From positions 62,001 through 126,000 of the forward strand of contig JAAOMT010000608.1 of the NCBI GenBank assembly GCA_016748015.1: a stretch of DNA of 64,000 nucleotides, given 5' to 3'. Numbering within the stretch: position 1 is the first letter of the stretch; each line of letters opens with the position of its first letter. Of the stretch, positions 25,051 through 38,660 are shown one piece after another. The notes under the pieces were generated by a model. The model worked only from the letters and a program-made list of their open reading frames with translations, was not told the origin of the DNA and ran no database searches. Source of the stretch: Geosiphon pyriformis uo1 (Eukaryota; Fungi; Glomeromycota). The position numbers were made by a program, and so were the translations under genes.

Positions 25051-27188
25051 TTAACAAAGGCCTTTGGAAATTTTTAGTAATAAGAGCTTTTCCTAAATAA
25101 TCAAGTTGAAAACTTACTAGCTCTTTCAATGGGTGTCAGAGGAACTTCAGTGTATGATTCTGAAAATGAAATTTTTTTTATGAGTTGGTTAAAGAAAACA
25201 ATTACAATATTCTATAAGAACATTTACCTTCAGGAAGTTTCAAAAAGTTCACCGCATGTGTGCGTAGTCGAGGAATCGGCTGAAGTTTTTGATTTTCGAA
25301 TACAAGTTCTTCATCTGAAACATCAAAGCCAGATTTAATTCGATGAATCTCAAAACCCAAATTTCCCAATAGAACCTTAAATTTTTTTAACTTACTTTCA
25401 TTTATCACAGGAATCAAGGAAGATGAATTTTCAGATTCATAAGCTGCAAAGAAAAAATTAAAATTAAAAATAATTTTAATCTTATTTACTTTTGATAAAT
25501 CTAATAACTTTGAATTTATCGATTTTTAAAAGCACATTTTCGATCTTTACCTTTTTGCTCAGCTAGAAATAAGAATGAAAAGATACAAATTTTAATTAGC
25601 AATAATTCAATAATAGTTGAACCAGTAGATTTCAGACTAAATTTTATGAAATTCATCCATACCTTGACTAGCGTTTCGAGGTTCAGGTAAAGTATTGTGC
25701 AATTTATAAAATTTACTTTTTCTTAATATTTTCTTTTTTTGAGAAGGTTCGAAATTCCATGATAAGAAGGAATGAGTAAAACTATCTAATTCTGGATCAA
25801 TTGAGGTATCCTTCATATTGAGCCAGCCGTTTTGGAAGTAATCTAAGATTTCATGAGCCATTGGTCGATTTTCAGGATACGCATCCCAACATTGTCTCAA
25901 TAATGACTTAAATAATTCGGGAAGTTTGACATTTTTCGGAATGATTGGTCTTAACCCATTCAAAACATCGTTAAATAACGATAAATCTTGCTTTCGTTCT
26001 GAAAATGGGGGATTACCAGTCACAACTTCATACATTAACATCCCAAAACTATAAATATCAGATGCTTGTGTATTTTGTCGACCGCATAAAACCTCTGGCG
26101 CAAGATATGGCATTCGTCCATAGAAATGATCAATCGGGGTATTCTCCCAATCTAGCGTTCCCAAGTCTGACAATAGCCAATGACCATCACGATTTAAAAC
26201 GTTACAAGAATGTAAGTTTCGATGAGCAAGACCCCAGGTATGGATCGTGGAAAGAGAGTCAATTATTTGCCAAAGAATCCGATATGCTTCTGACCAACGC
26301 ATGTGTGAATGATTTTCTTGGATGTGAGTCCGTAGATCGCTTTCCATTTCTGTCATTACCAGAAAAACTTCTTTGGTTGCTGGTTCGATGCTTAAACCAA
26401 CAATAGGTACAACGGCTTTCAAGGCAGTTCCAAACGTTGCATTCCATGGAAGCTAGTTTGAATAATTCATAATAAGTAAGAATGCTGAAATATATTTGAT
26501 TTCATAACCCAAGCTTAGGAATAGTTACCTCATTCGGTGTAGATTGAAGTCGTTTCAAAATTACTTTACAATTCCCACTCCTTTCAAATTGTTGTTTTTG
26601 ACAATCAAACCAATCCATATTTCCTTTTTTCCAGTCAGCATTATAAACAGATGCAAAACCCCCCTTTCCTTTGAAAACAACATTTTCCAAATCTTCGTAA
26701 GGTATATATTCGAAAACTCGATTTGGTAAAGGTGTCAGACTTTGAATTCCTTCTATCAAATCATCAATATCTTTAAATCCAGAAGACCAACTAATGTCTC
26801 TTTCTAAACAATCACGCGTGCAATGTTCACAATATGACATGGAAAAACTGGAACGTTGACATACTGTACAAAGGTATTTCACTCCTTGGACGTAGAGGAT
26901 ATTTGCGATATCTTTGATTTCCGTTATTTGTCTTTCGGCCACAATTCTTTCATCGTCTGTGAATACTTCATTTTCATTTATGTATTCTATCATTAATTGA
27001 TATGTTTTTTCCAAGTTATTTTCTACATTTATTGGAGGCATTCTTAAACCGCTAGCAGCTAATTGTTCTTGAATTATATCGTATCTTATATTTTGAACCT
27101 TCAACGAAGGGTTTCGCGATGGGTTTTTCACAAAAAATAGACTTTGATTTTTGTTTGTTAACTTTGAAAAAAAGTTTAAGGCATCCAT
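25051..27188 (-). CDS. Tyrosine-kinase-like protein kinase of the Glomeromycotina expanded family, probable pseudokinase; multi-exon including a 12-nt micro-exon (25551-25562)
   Basis: CxxC..CEHC zinc ribbon, WSSG..DID, FEYIPY, GKGGFASVY loop, VILK, HRNLHSCN, SDLG, PYLAPE, SDIYSFG, CWDAYPENRP and a LPEPRNASQAEQKAY tail. The 3'-most exons are less certain. Confidence 0.9.
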
Positions 27189-30100
27189 ATTGTCTATACA
27201 CGTATAAAATCACCTATTTTTATTATTGGATAACAGAAAAAGTTAGAGCAAAGGAGAAATTGTCATAAAATTCCTCAATTTCAAAAAACGTTTGATTTTA
27301 TTGGGAGACGAGATTCTAATTAAAGCAAAGTCAGCTTGCACTTGTGCTATAAACAAATTAGCCATTCATCTATTTTTAGTAACAGCGTTATCATGCAAGC
27401 TGAAGACTTGAATCAAATTGAGCACAATGCCCCAATTAGCATTGTCTATGGTTATGCAAATAAAAGTGAAAAAATAAAGTATTGAAGGCAACTCTGAGTT
27501 TCCGAAGGGTGAGAGGCAAGCCTGATTTAAAAATTTTACTTTGGTCTTTCAAAAGATTAAGGAATTCATTAATCTCGGACTTTTCCAAGTTTAGCATTCT
27601 ATTCCCGAACCAAACACAGCCACAGCAGGTTTTCCCAACAAATTTAATTTACGATTTTCGGATTACTGATTTTTACAAATCTGACAATAATCGTCAGAAA
27701 CGTGAGCAGTTATTTCCAAATTTCTTGATGAAGGGTTTTGTAGTCTTATCTGACAAGAACGAATTTTTTTTAATAATTTTGGTGCGACAAATACGAAGGA
27801 GGATAGGTTAAATTATTGATATATTGTTTTTGTTGTAATATTTCAGCCATGTAACGGGTTAAAAGAAGATTACTCGTTCCGTTCATAAAGTTAAACAGGA
27901 TTGGCTTTAAAATAATTTGGACAAATATTATGAAATTTGGGACTTTTTTTCTCTATATTAAACCCTTTTTTTCTTAAACACAAAGACCAAGAAAACTTTT
28001 GGGGTAAGAATTTGCATGGAAATTCCAGAAAACACTGAAGATGTAATAATCGAAAATCTCTTATACTTGATATTGCCATTTGAAAAATTTTCTTTCTTTC
28101 TATTCAAAATTTAAAAATAATTTAACCATTGAGAATGTTTTTTGGCAAATCGACTAAAGGAGATTTATAATAATTATTGAGAAAATATTAATGAAGTAAA
28201 AATAGTAAATTCATAGTCTAGTCAAAACTGAAATAAAGAGTTATTTAAGAAAAACCGAGAAATATTTATACCCAGAAATTTCAACTTTTGTACAAAAAAT
28301 GATATGTTTTTTCATGGTTAATTGGTTACGTTAAAATTTTAATAAATCAAACATGGTACATATATAATCTTTGATATTAAAATTAATATATAATTAATAA
28401 AAATAATTTTTTTCATAGATTTAACTGCGTCATATAAATTCATATTTAGGAATTGATTTGTAATATGCATCTCTATAGCTATCTTTTCAAGTGCAAAACC
28501 CAATTCTGAATGCTGTCACAAGTACTTTCTCCTTGTACACAGCCTATCCATTTGTAATACTTTAGAGATTACTATGCTTTTTTCTGGGTAAAACCTGGAA
28601 ATAAAAAATCGAATTTTTGTCATAAATTATTATTTATAAATTGTATTTTTATTAAAATAGTTCTCAAAGGCTTGGAGAGTCATTTAAAGAGAGAAAACTT
28701 GAGCTTTCAATTACAATGCCTTTTAATGACTTTTGACAATATAATTATGTAACGTATTCATATGTTGTAGTCAAAATAAATATCTAAAAAAAATGTTATT
28801 TATGTTTATGTTATTTTTCTTTGAAATTTATTTTTATTATGTTAAGATTTTACAAAAAGTAAATGATAAACAATTTTTTATGCAAAACATCTAATAACAA
28901 TATTATATTATAAAAATTAATATGTAGTATAATTATTTATATATGCTTAAACAGAAAACAAAATGTAAAATTAGAAAAATTGCTTATTTTTTTAAAACAA
29001 AACTAATATTCTCAATAAAGAAAAATTTTCAAATATTTAATAATTATGAAATTTTGATTATTATCTTGCTAAAATATTTATTAATGTTCATATTTTTTAA
29101 TCATATTGTTATAAAAATAATATTAATTATAATATGGTTGTAATTTCAAATCATATAAACACAATTGGTTTCAATTTATATTATGTTCATTTTTCAAATT
29201 TGTAATTTAATTTTTAATTGTAATAAATGTATTAATACACTTATTGTAAACAATTCTTTTTAAAACTTTTAATAAAAAAACATATTTGAACAGAATAACA
29301 ATACAACCAAGTTATAAAAAGCTGTTTTAATTGTGATTTAATATTAACTAATGTAAAAAATATTTATATGCACAATTTTAACAATTTAATTTTATAAAAT
29401 TAAACACATACAATAAAGTAAAAAATAAATAAATTAATAAATAACAGCAAGAGTAAATAAGAAGTCTTTAATATCTAAATAAAAATAAATAAATTGTAAT
29501 ACATGAATAATAAACAATATTAGCCATTGTTAAATATAGCTATTATTTTCTGTATAATTTTTTCAAATGTCAATTTTGTTTTTATTTATTTTAATTTTAC
29601 AATTTGGAATTTATACTTTCCAATTTTTGAATATTTACATTTTTGAAAAAATACTATGTTAAAATTAATTAAATATGAATTAAATCATTTATTTAGTTTT
29701 ACAAACCTGTTTTCGCATTTTATAAACTTAAAACAAACTTTTATTTATTAGTTTTGCAATAACAAATAATTTTTTCATTATATCTTAATTAAATTAAATC
29801 ATTTGTTATTTTCTATTTTTTAAAAGTGGAAAGAATATAGTATATGTTTACTTTAAAATAAAGATGAAATAAAAACTAAATAAATAATGATTAATTTTAT
29901 AAAATAAAGACCAACTATATTTTATATTAATTATATCACACAAAATTTATTAAACAAAAAAAGTGATATCTCAGATATGACTGTATATAATATTTTAAAA
30001 TTGAAAATATTTTAATTTACAACTTATAAATTTTGATAATAAAAACATTTAAAAATAATTATTTTATTTAAAAAATATTATAAATATTGAGAAATCAAAA

Positions 30101-31064
30101 AATGTGAAGAAGCAAAAAGTTTTAATATCTCTTGTTAAAGTGTAATTGAAATAATGTGAAAAATTTTTTATTAAACTATTTTTTGTATTGTAATGTCACA
30201 GAATTTCAAAGTTTATTTTTTATTTATTAACAAATCCAAATGTATAAAAATTAATAAAGTTATTTCTCTATATATTCTAATTCGAATAATAATGTATAAA
30301 TACAATTAAGTTTTTTTATATTGATTGCAAAACTTAGCATTTAAATGTAAATTCCAAAAAGTATTTTATTGTTTTTGATAATACTATATTTTGTATACTT
30401 AAAAAATATTAATAATACTTTTCATTAATTTTTTTTAAATGCAAAAATTCATTTACAATTATATAATATTGAAAATTTTCAAACTATATAAATTCATTTT
30501 CGAAATATTAATATGAAATTTGCTTGTCATAAATCAGATAATGTATATGATAGAATTATTGCAGATAAAATACCATAATTCATTTCAATAAATTAAAACT
30601 AATATGTTGCTTAATTATGTTATAATTGCAGCTGTAAATCATATAAATACAATTAATTTCAGCCTATATTATATTTATTATTAAATTTGCAATTTCAATT
30701 TTAATCACACCATTATGAATGTAATTACAACCTTAAATTTTTGTTCAATTTATGTAGCTTAAGTAAAAAATAAGAATTTTGTCTTCTTCAATGTTGGTAA
30801 ATATATTATCAAATTTTAATAAAAAAATTCAATTGATGAATCTTTATTTGCTTAAGAATATCTTAAAATTAACTTTCATTTTATCAATTGAAAGATATTA
30901 TTTGAAAAAAAAATTGAGAATATTTTATATGTGATAAAAAACATGCAATTTTTGATTTAAATACTGTATCTACATGTATTGAGAACAGGGAAATTGTAAT
31001 GAAACAATAAAAGACCCTAGTTTCAAAGAGATAAATTACTTAATTCTATAAGTTAAATAATTTA

Positions 31065-31106
31065 TAATATCTAATATCTAATATCTAATATCTAATATCT
31101 AATATC
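31065..31106. repeat. (CTAATAT)n heptanucleotide repeat
   Basis: About 6 perfect copies. Confidence 0.9.
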
Positions 31107-31827
31107 AGATTTAATTATAAGTTTTTTGCAATAACTTAGATCAATAAGAACATCCTCTTAAGTTAGGATTTCGAGGCGAGTTCTATAGTTCAAGAATCCC
31201 GAACAAATATCAGAGTTTTAGATTGATACATTCCCAAATATTGGTTTATAAATTTCGACGAAAAAGGTAATTTCATTGAGAGGGGAACTTTTAAACCTGT
31301 TTCAGCTATGTAAATTTAGATTCTTTTCCTGTGTTTCATTGTCAAATAAAGCCCATATTATGAATAACGATAATCTCTCCGAACTATTTCGCTTCTAGAA
31401 AAATAAAACTTAGGAGATGAAGTACGTAAGATATCTTTAAAAGAAAGGCTGTATTTGTATTTAATGAGAGCTATATAGCTTTAATTTGTTCCATATACTG
31501 GTGAACGAACAAAAGCTAACAAAATTAGGTAGGTAAGCCTGGCCATAAATTTTATTAGAATACAAATTCTGTACCCCCAATTCTCAAAAGCACAAGTTCA
31601 TACCGTCTAATGATAAATATTTTTTACCAGTTTGTCAGCAGCGAAAATTTGATAACTACAAATAAAATTTAAACTTCTTTTGCTCAAGATAAGCTTAAAG
31701 TCGCCTAAAAACCTCCAAATGGTCATTCTTAAGGTTTTACATTATTAAAACTGCCAGCAATATGCTCCAGTCCTCTTTCGAATATCAAAAGTGCGCCGTT
31801 ACCCCCTATTATAAACCGAGCATTAAC

Positions 31828-33105
31828 TTACTGAATCTTTTTGTCAGCCAATCCTAGATATGTACAACTCAAATTCCACCAGAACTTTTGTTTTGCAGCA
31901 TCATAGCTTTCCTCCGCAGAATTCACTATTTGACAATTTTCGTTAATCCATACTGCTGGAGATATATTTTCAAGGGCTGGAGAAGTAGCAGCATGAACTA
32001 TCACTGCTCCACCCTAGAAGTGTATTGAATTTCGGAGGTAAGAATGGAATTTGATAAATATTTATGATTTCTTACCAGTTTGTTTTTCCTTTGATAAATC
32101 AAGAAAAATTTAAACTAACCTGTGCTGGGGATTTTGTAAATGGTAGCAGAGGAAATATAAACCTCAGCACTATTCGTAAGAAAAAATTGGACTCCCTGTT
32201 GAGGCCAGTTTCTGGCACAAACCCAGGATTCAAGGTAATGACAGTAACCTTTCTTTTCTCGCTAATGACGTGACCTGATTCTTCTAAACTTTGGGTCTTT
32301 GTAATCTCCTTTTCCAATGACTTGTCCAACTGGTATGCGCACAACATTTGAGCCAATTTTGAATTCCGGTAAAATAAAAGCCCATCATATTTCTTACTCC
32401 CGTCGAGATTTTCGACTTCTAAATTAGGACCCTCCCCCTGTCCTATACCTTTTATATGTAGCGCCGAGTTGACGAAGACAATTCGTGATCCTGGACCAGA
32501 TGAGAGTAAGTGTGGAAGAAGAAGTTGAGCAAGGAGAAAGTTGGAAAGATGATTAACTTGAAAGGTGCGTTCAAAACCATCTGTTGTTTTGCCGAGGTCG
32601 CTAAACAGAGCACCTATGATAACATTGGAAGAGAAATATGAAGAAGGTCAAGGATTATAAGAAAAGGAAAAAGTTTTTTATTTTCCAATAGACTCACCCG
32701 CATTGAGAATGAGAACATGAAGTCGCACGCCTTGTTCTAAAAACCATGTAACAAATTTCCATACTGATTCAAATTGGGCCAGATCAAGATGTGTAGTTTC
32801 CAATTTATGTTGCTTGGGTACTTTTAATTTCGAAAACTGGTTTTCGGCATTTTTTGGGTTTCTTACTGGCAGAATAATGTGATATGGAGTCTGGTGCAAT
32901 AAAAGTTGCTTTAATGCTTCGTAGCTTTATATTTCAAGTTAAAACAAGGAAAAGTATAATTAACGAATTTTTAGCTATGTAATTTTCAAATTTGGTCCAT
33001 TGGATTGGTATTCAATACTAAGTTAACCTACCCTAGTCCAGAGTTTCCACCTGTTAAAATAAGTACTTTAGGTTGAATGGATGTAGAAGTCGTGGTAGTG
33101 GCCAT
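31828..33105 (-). CDS. Short-chain dehydrogenase/reductase (retinol dehydrogenase/WWOX/POR-like), 4 exons
   Basis: TGGNSGLG Rossmann motif, LDLA, ILNAG, DGFERTFQVNHL, RIVFVNS, catalytic YRNSK, NPGFV; canonical introns; TAA at 31828-31830. Confidence 0.95.
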
Positions 33106-33258
33106 GCTTTTACAAAAGATTAGTTAGCTTTGAAGAAAGTATGAAGAAAATGCTCTTAATTCCAATTATATTGATTAGTTTCAAGGAGATGAGCAAACGT
33201 CCATGTGTACCAATCTTTAAATAGATCAGTTGATGACAAAAAGTAGCTCTAGTCCGAT

Positions 33259-33388
33259 GATGGTGTCAGTTTAGCTTTTAATGGTAGAGCATATAGTGCA
33301 AAAATCCCACATGATAAGTTTGAGATGGTGTCAGTTTAGCTTTTAATGGTAGAGCATATAGTGCAAAAATCCCACATGATAAGTTTGA
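33259..33388. repeat. Perfect 65-bp tandem duplication upstream of the SDR gene
   Basis: GATGGTGTCAG...GATAAGTTTGA at 33259-33323 and again at 33324-33388. Confidence 0.95.
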
Positions 33389-35283
33389 TAAGGCCGAATC
33401 TGCAGCCGTCATACCAAGTTATCTATTTCGTGAACAAGTTTCATCAAGGAAATTCCGTGAAGATCAGCTAATTTTTTCTGAAAATAGAATTCTTTAGTTA
33501 TGAAAAGAGGTTATTTCTCTGTCATCACTAATCTCAATACAAACACGTTTTAATTATCTAAAATAGGAAAAACTTTGATTAATGTGTAGCTCACCCATGG
33601 ATGCAAAATAATTGATTGTTCATGCTTTTAATTGTTTATTATGAAAATATTTACAATCATTAAATTGTTTATGATACCTGAGGCTTTGTTAATTTCTTAA
33701 ATTTGATCATATAACACCTGTGCCAACCAAAATATTCTTAATCCTCGGAGCCCAAGTTAGATAAAGAAGTTAAACATCAAGACTGCATACGTTAATTTTT
33801 TGAAAAAATCAGCCATCTATCTAATTTAAATTGAATATCCGTGTTTCAATTAAATATGTGGTACCGACTGATTTAAAATTATAATCAGTAAATATGAGTT
33901 TGAAAAATAAGGTTTAAATATTTACAAAATTATTAATTTGTCTTATAATTTGATGATATAATGCATATAATTTATGAAAAAAGATTAGTTTGACAATGGC
34001 ATGATTTTAAACATCTGAAGAACTTGAAACAAAATTAAATTTTCATGAAATCTGGAAGTATGAGTGTTTGAAATGTCACAATAAAATGTTTTAGCTATGT
34101 TTTAATAATAGAAAGAATTAAAAGTTCAAAGTTGGCTTTGATAAAGTATTTTTTATTTGACATTATTGCAAGTTTTTTTTAAAATTACTATTGTCTTTTT
34201 TTAAAATATACAACATATTAATATAATACTCAAAGAGATAATTAAATTAGATAAATGAACTTGTTTTCTGATTAATAATCTTTATTATTATAATTGAACA
34301 AAAATCTCTGAATTTTAAATAAATTTAAAATGCAATTTACTTAATTAATTTTTACAATAAACAAATAAATTGAATTAATATGATAAAATTGCTTAAAATG
34401 TTTGTATATTTATTTCCAATGATCAATTTTTAAAATTGGACTTTGATAATAAGTAGAACAATTGTTCGAAAATCTTTTTTCCATAATTAAATTTTTTAAT
34501 TTATAATTATATTTGTTGAAAATTATTAAGTTAAAAATTAATATAAAAAATTTATTGTATTAATTATTAATATATAACTCTTAAATTTTTTGAATAATGT
34601 GTTATATTTATTTATCTATTTATTTGTAATTTCTTTTTAAATCTATAATGTCTTATAATAATTAATTAAAAAAGCTATTAATTATCTTTAATAAAATGTG
34701 AACAATAAATTTTTTTCCATTTAATTTGTTGTATTCAAAATATTTTAAAGAAAATTTTTCACTTTTTATTGATTTATCAAATATCTCATATTAACTTTAG
34801 AAATGAAGTTTCCGTAAATATCAATTAATCAAAAGACGTAAAAAGATCATCAGCTTGCTTGCAGATAAATGTTGGAAACAATAATGAAAAAAAATGAAGG
34901 GTTATATCATGTTTCATCCCTTTACCAATAATATCAGGTTATCATTTGAGTACATGTACATTGTCTTTCTTCCAATAAAATACGAAGGCATTAAAAATTG
35001 TACCACGGTTTATAGATATTACAACAAATACAGTCATCCATCTGAATATCAATATCTAAAACTTTTACACTCTTTCTTCTTTCCTGCGTTTGCCTTTAAA
35101 ATTTTCTCTTTCGATTTATTTTTACTATCTCTCCACTTTAATTAGCTGAATAGTTTTGTCTCGGCTGGCCGAAGTTATCTTTTTAAAAATATCAGCCAAA
35201 CAGTAGTCGATCAAGTTCACAAACAAATAAACAATATAATAGCAAAAAGGATTCGTAACTAAAATTTGAACGACACTTCAAAA

Positions 35284-37583
35284 ATGAATCATAGAAATAG
35301 TAGATTCTATGGTACAAAATTATCCTCACCAGCACCTGGTTATAGCCCATATTACAACCCATCTGGAAGTTCCGCATCTAAAAAAGAAAAATACCTGAGT
35401 GACATTTCTGATCTAGACACGTATGTGGAAAGTTATGATTGTTCAGATGCCGTAGCCTCCGCAACAAATTCATTAGTGTTATCCAAAGAAGTACAGTTAC
35501 ATAGGCAAAATTCTGAAAAAAAACTGACTGCTTTGGGTCGTGGTGATTCGAGAAAAGTCAAAAAAAAGCGTCTTGATCATGCTGATAGATATGTGGACAA
35601 TACCCCTCAAGAACCCGTTACCAAGTTTCAAAAATTTCAAGCGTGGATGATTAACGAAGGTAAATTTTCGATTTTCCAATCAATCAAATCTTTTTATTCA
35701 GTCGAATTTGCTCCTTACCATTTCCTCCCTTTCCAAATTAAAACAGGCAATCGGGCAATCTTTTTCAGTGTCTGGATATTATTACATTTATTAGTTTTCA
35801 TAATGGGATTTCTTAACTTCTTCTACCACGATAATCTAGAGAATGCTCGCAATTTACTTGGGATCACCTTCCCAATTGCCCGTTCTTCAGCATTAGTACT
35901 TCATGTTGACGCGGCAATGATATTGTTTCCTGTTTGCCGAAATTTGATCTCACTCATCCGATCCACACCATTGAACAATGTGATTCCATTCGATAAGAAC
36001 ATTACTTTCCATAAAGCGATCGGATTCTCAATCCTCACCTTTTCATTGGTCCACACTGTGGCACATTGGGTTAATTTCTATAAAATTTCTGCGGCAAGAG
36101 GAGGGGGGATCATTATGTGGATCAAGCTTAATTTTACCACAGCACCTGGAATAACGGGTTACGTCATGTTGGTTTCATTGTTGATAATGGCATATACATC
36201 AATGGAAAAACCTAAGCGCCAACATTTCAATCGATTTTGGTATCTTCATCATTTATTTATTCCATTCTTTGCAGCTTGGGCATTTCATGGTGCTTCTTGT
36301 ATGATTAAGCCGGATCGACCACCTTACTGTAAAGATATCGCTTCTTTTTGGAAATATTGGATCGCCTCTGGAACTATTTATATCGGCGAACGTATTCGTC
36401 GGGAAATTCGAGCGCGCCACCGTACATATATTTCAAAAGTGGTTATGCACCCTTCTCGTGTTGTGGAAATACAAATCAAAAAGGAACATATTTCTACCAA
36501 AGCTGGACAATACATCTTTTTGTGTTGCCCAGAAGTTTCATTATGGGAATGGCATCCTTTCACGCTAACCTCAGCACCCGAGGAAGATTTTATCTCAATT
36601 CATGTCCGTGTTGTTGGCGATTTTACTCGTGCATTAGCTGATAAGCTTGGATGTGATTTTGAGGCAGAAGAAAAGAAAATGAAAAAAGCAGACAGTACTC
36701 ATACTAGAAGTGCATATCTCTCTGGGATAGATATCTCTTCAAACAATCCAGATCTTCAATATGTTTTACCCAGAGTCATGGTGGATGGTCCATTCGGTAG
36801 TGCTTCAGAAGATGTATTCAAATTTGAAGTTGCTATGCTTGTTGGGGCTGGTATAGGTGTGACGCCATTTGCTAGTATCTTGAAGTCTATCTGGTAGCTA
36901 GAACATTGAAAGATTGTTTGTTCATCAAGATTACCAACTCTCAAGCTCACTTTTATTTATCACTTTTTTGATCTACTCTTAGGTATCGTGTCAATTATCC
37001 TACAAAGTCTACAAAGCTTCGAAAAGTTTATTTCTTTTGGATTTGCCGCGAATACAATGTAATCGGGAATTTCTGATGATTTACCTTTTTAAGAAGAATT
37101 TATTTTTAAATTATTTCTTTTTATGAATTGCATTAACAATCTTGATAGGCATTTGAATGGTTTCAATCATTGCTACTTGCTATTGAAGAACAAGATATCG
37201 ATCAATTCATTGAAATTCATACCTACCTCACTGGCTCTCTGCGAAATTCCGAAGTTCGTAATGTGATGGTGAATGAAGACGGTAACGTAAAAGATACTAT
37301 TACTGGTCTTCGAGCCGCAACAAATTTTGGTCGTCCAAATTGGAATGAAATATTTTCAAGTATGCGCGAAGAATATCCAGCCACAGATATTGGAGCATTC
37401 TTTTGCGGCCCAAAACTTCTTGGTAAAACTCTTCACAATAAATGCAATTTATGGAGTCAAGGTTTTGAAGATGGGACGCGTTTCTATTATGGAAAAGGTA
37501 TTTAAATATTTCATTATTAGAATTTCCCTGCCTTATCAAACTCTAATTCCAATTGTTTTATCCCAAAACCAGAAAATTTTTGA
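35284..37583 (+). CDS. noxB: NADPH oxidase, fungal NoxB/Nox2 type, 5 exons
   Basis: N-terminal extension ending WMINEG; heme His residues (FHKAIG..VHTVAH, FWYLHHLF..FHG); CMIKPD; FAD motif HPFTLTS; VDGPFG; GAGIGVTPF; FFCGP; spliced C-terminus YGKENF*. Confidence 0.96.
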
Positions 37584-37949
37584 ATCAAGCCATAATAAAA
37601 ATAATAGCATATAACCATGAATCAAATTTTTTGCACGACGAATAGAGAAAATCCTGAGGCTCATAATTTATACGTATTTCCTATTTCGGCTGGTACCGGT
37701 TTTGAACAAATCATGTATACCCTCGTACATATGTCATTACTTGTGATATTAAAAAAATAATACAATTTGATTTCTTTGTAAATTATACGACACCTTGAGT
37801 TACAACCCTATAAAATTTAAAAACGAGCCCAAAGAATAATTTCAAAACTAAATTCATGATGATCCACTGCCATAAACTCCTAAATTAGAGTACCGATTTC
37901 TCGCCCTATTTGCATGTGTAACCATTTTAACTTGACGTTCACTCGTACA

Positions 37950-38660
37950 CGGCTAAGCGAAATTTAAATGGGCATATATAGAAACCATAGATGCTCCTCA
38001 AATCGCAAAAATGCTTGGACGTGACCCACAACAATATGCCGCTTCATTGTCAAAACCAGCTCTTAACAACCACGAAAAAGATTCACTCGTATGTAAAGTT
38101 AACGAAAACCGACATGCATCACTCCGCGAAATTGGGGTCTTGACTGCAGTCTGCCAATTGCCGTAAATGTGCTGTAATCCTATAAATCAGAAACACATGC
38201 TTATACCATGTTAGGTGGTGCAAGGAAATAAAATAAACCGCTTACCATGGGACAAAAGTTATCTTCTCTGATGAGACGAGTGTGGAAATTGGGAAGCAAA
38301 CATGGCCAAGAGTTTAGCAACACACCCAAGAGAAATTTAATTGGTGCCTACTTTCAAAAGTGGACGAAAATCCGTAACAGTTGGGGGGGGGGCTTTGCAG
38401 GTGGATTAAAAGGATCAGTGTTTTGTGATTAATAAAAAAAATGGTAAAAAAATAAATGCTTGAAATCTTAAAACCAACCTGTTACCATTTCAGAACGCAA
38501 TTTTTCAGCAAGATAACGCGCCGATATATATACTGCGGAAAAATCGATAAATGATTAACAGAAAATGAAATTACAACTATCCACTGGCTGGCGAATTTGC
38601 CGAACCTGAATCTGACCGAGAACATATGGAAGCTTTTGAAAGACAATTATTCTTGTCGGT
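37950..38660 (+). mobile_element. Degenerate Tc1/mariner (DDE) transposase remnant
   Basis: Frameshifted motifs in order: IAKMLGRD (HTH-like), KVIFSDETSVEIG (first D), FKSGRKSVTV.G, IFQQDNAP (second D), HWLANLPNLNLTENIWKLLK (decayed WPxxSPDLNPIEN). Several stops; TIRs not identified. Confidence 0.85.

Noticed and set aside
28700-31100. Long extremely AT-rich tract as a centromere or origin candidate
   Set aside because: Similar tracts separate most genes in the window; no distinctive repeat or motif.
33259-33388. Functional tRNA gene
   Set aside because: Only a D-arm-like segment; no acceptor stem, anticodon stem or TTCGA T-loop.
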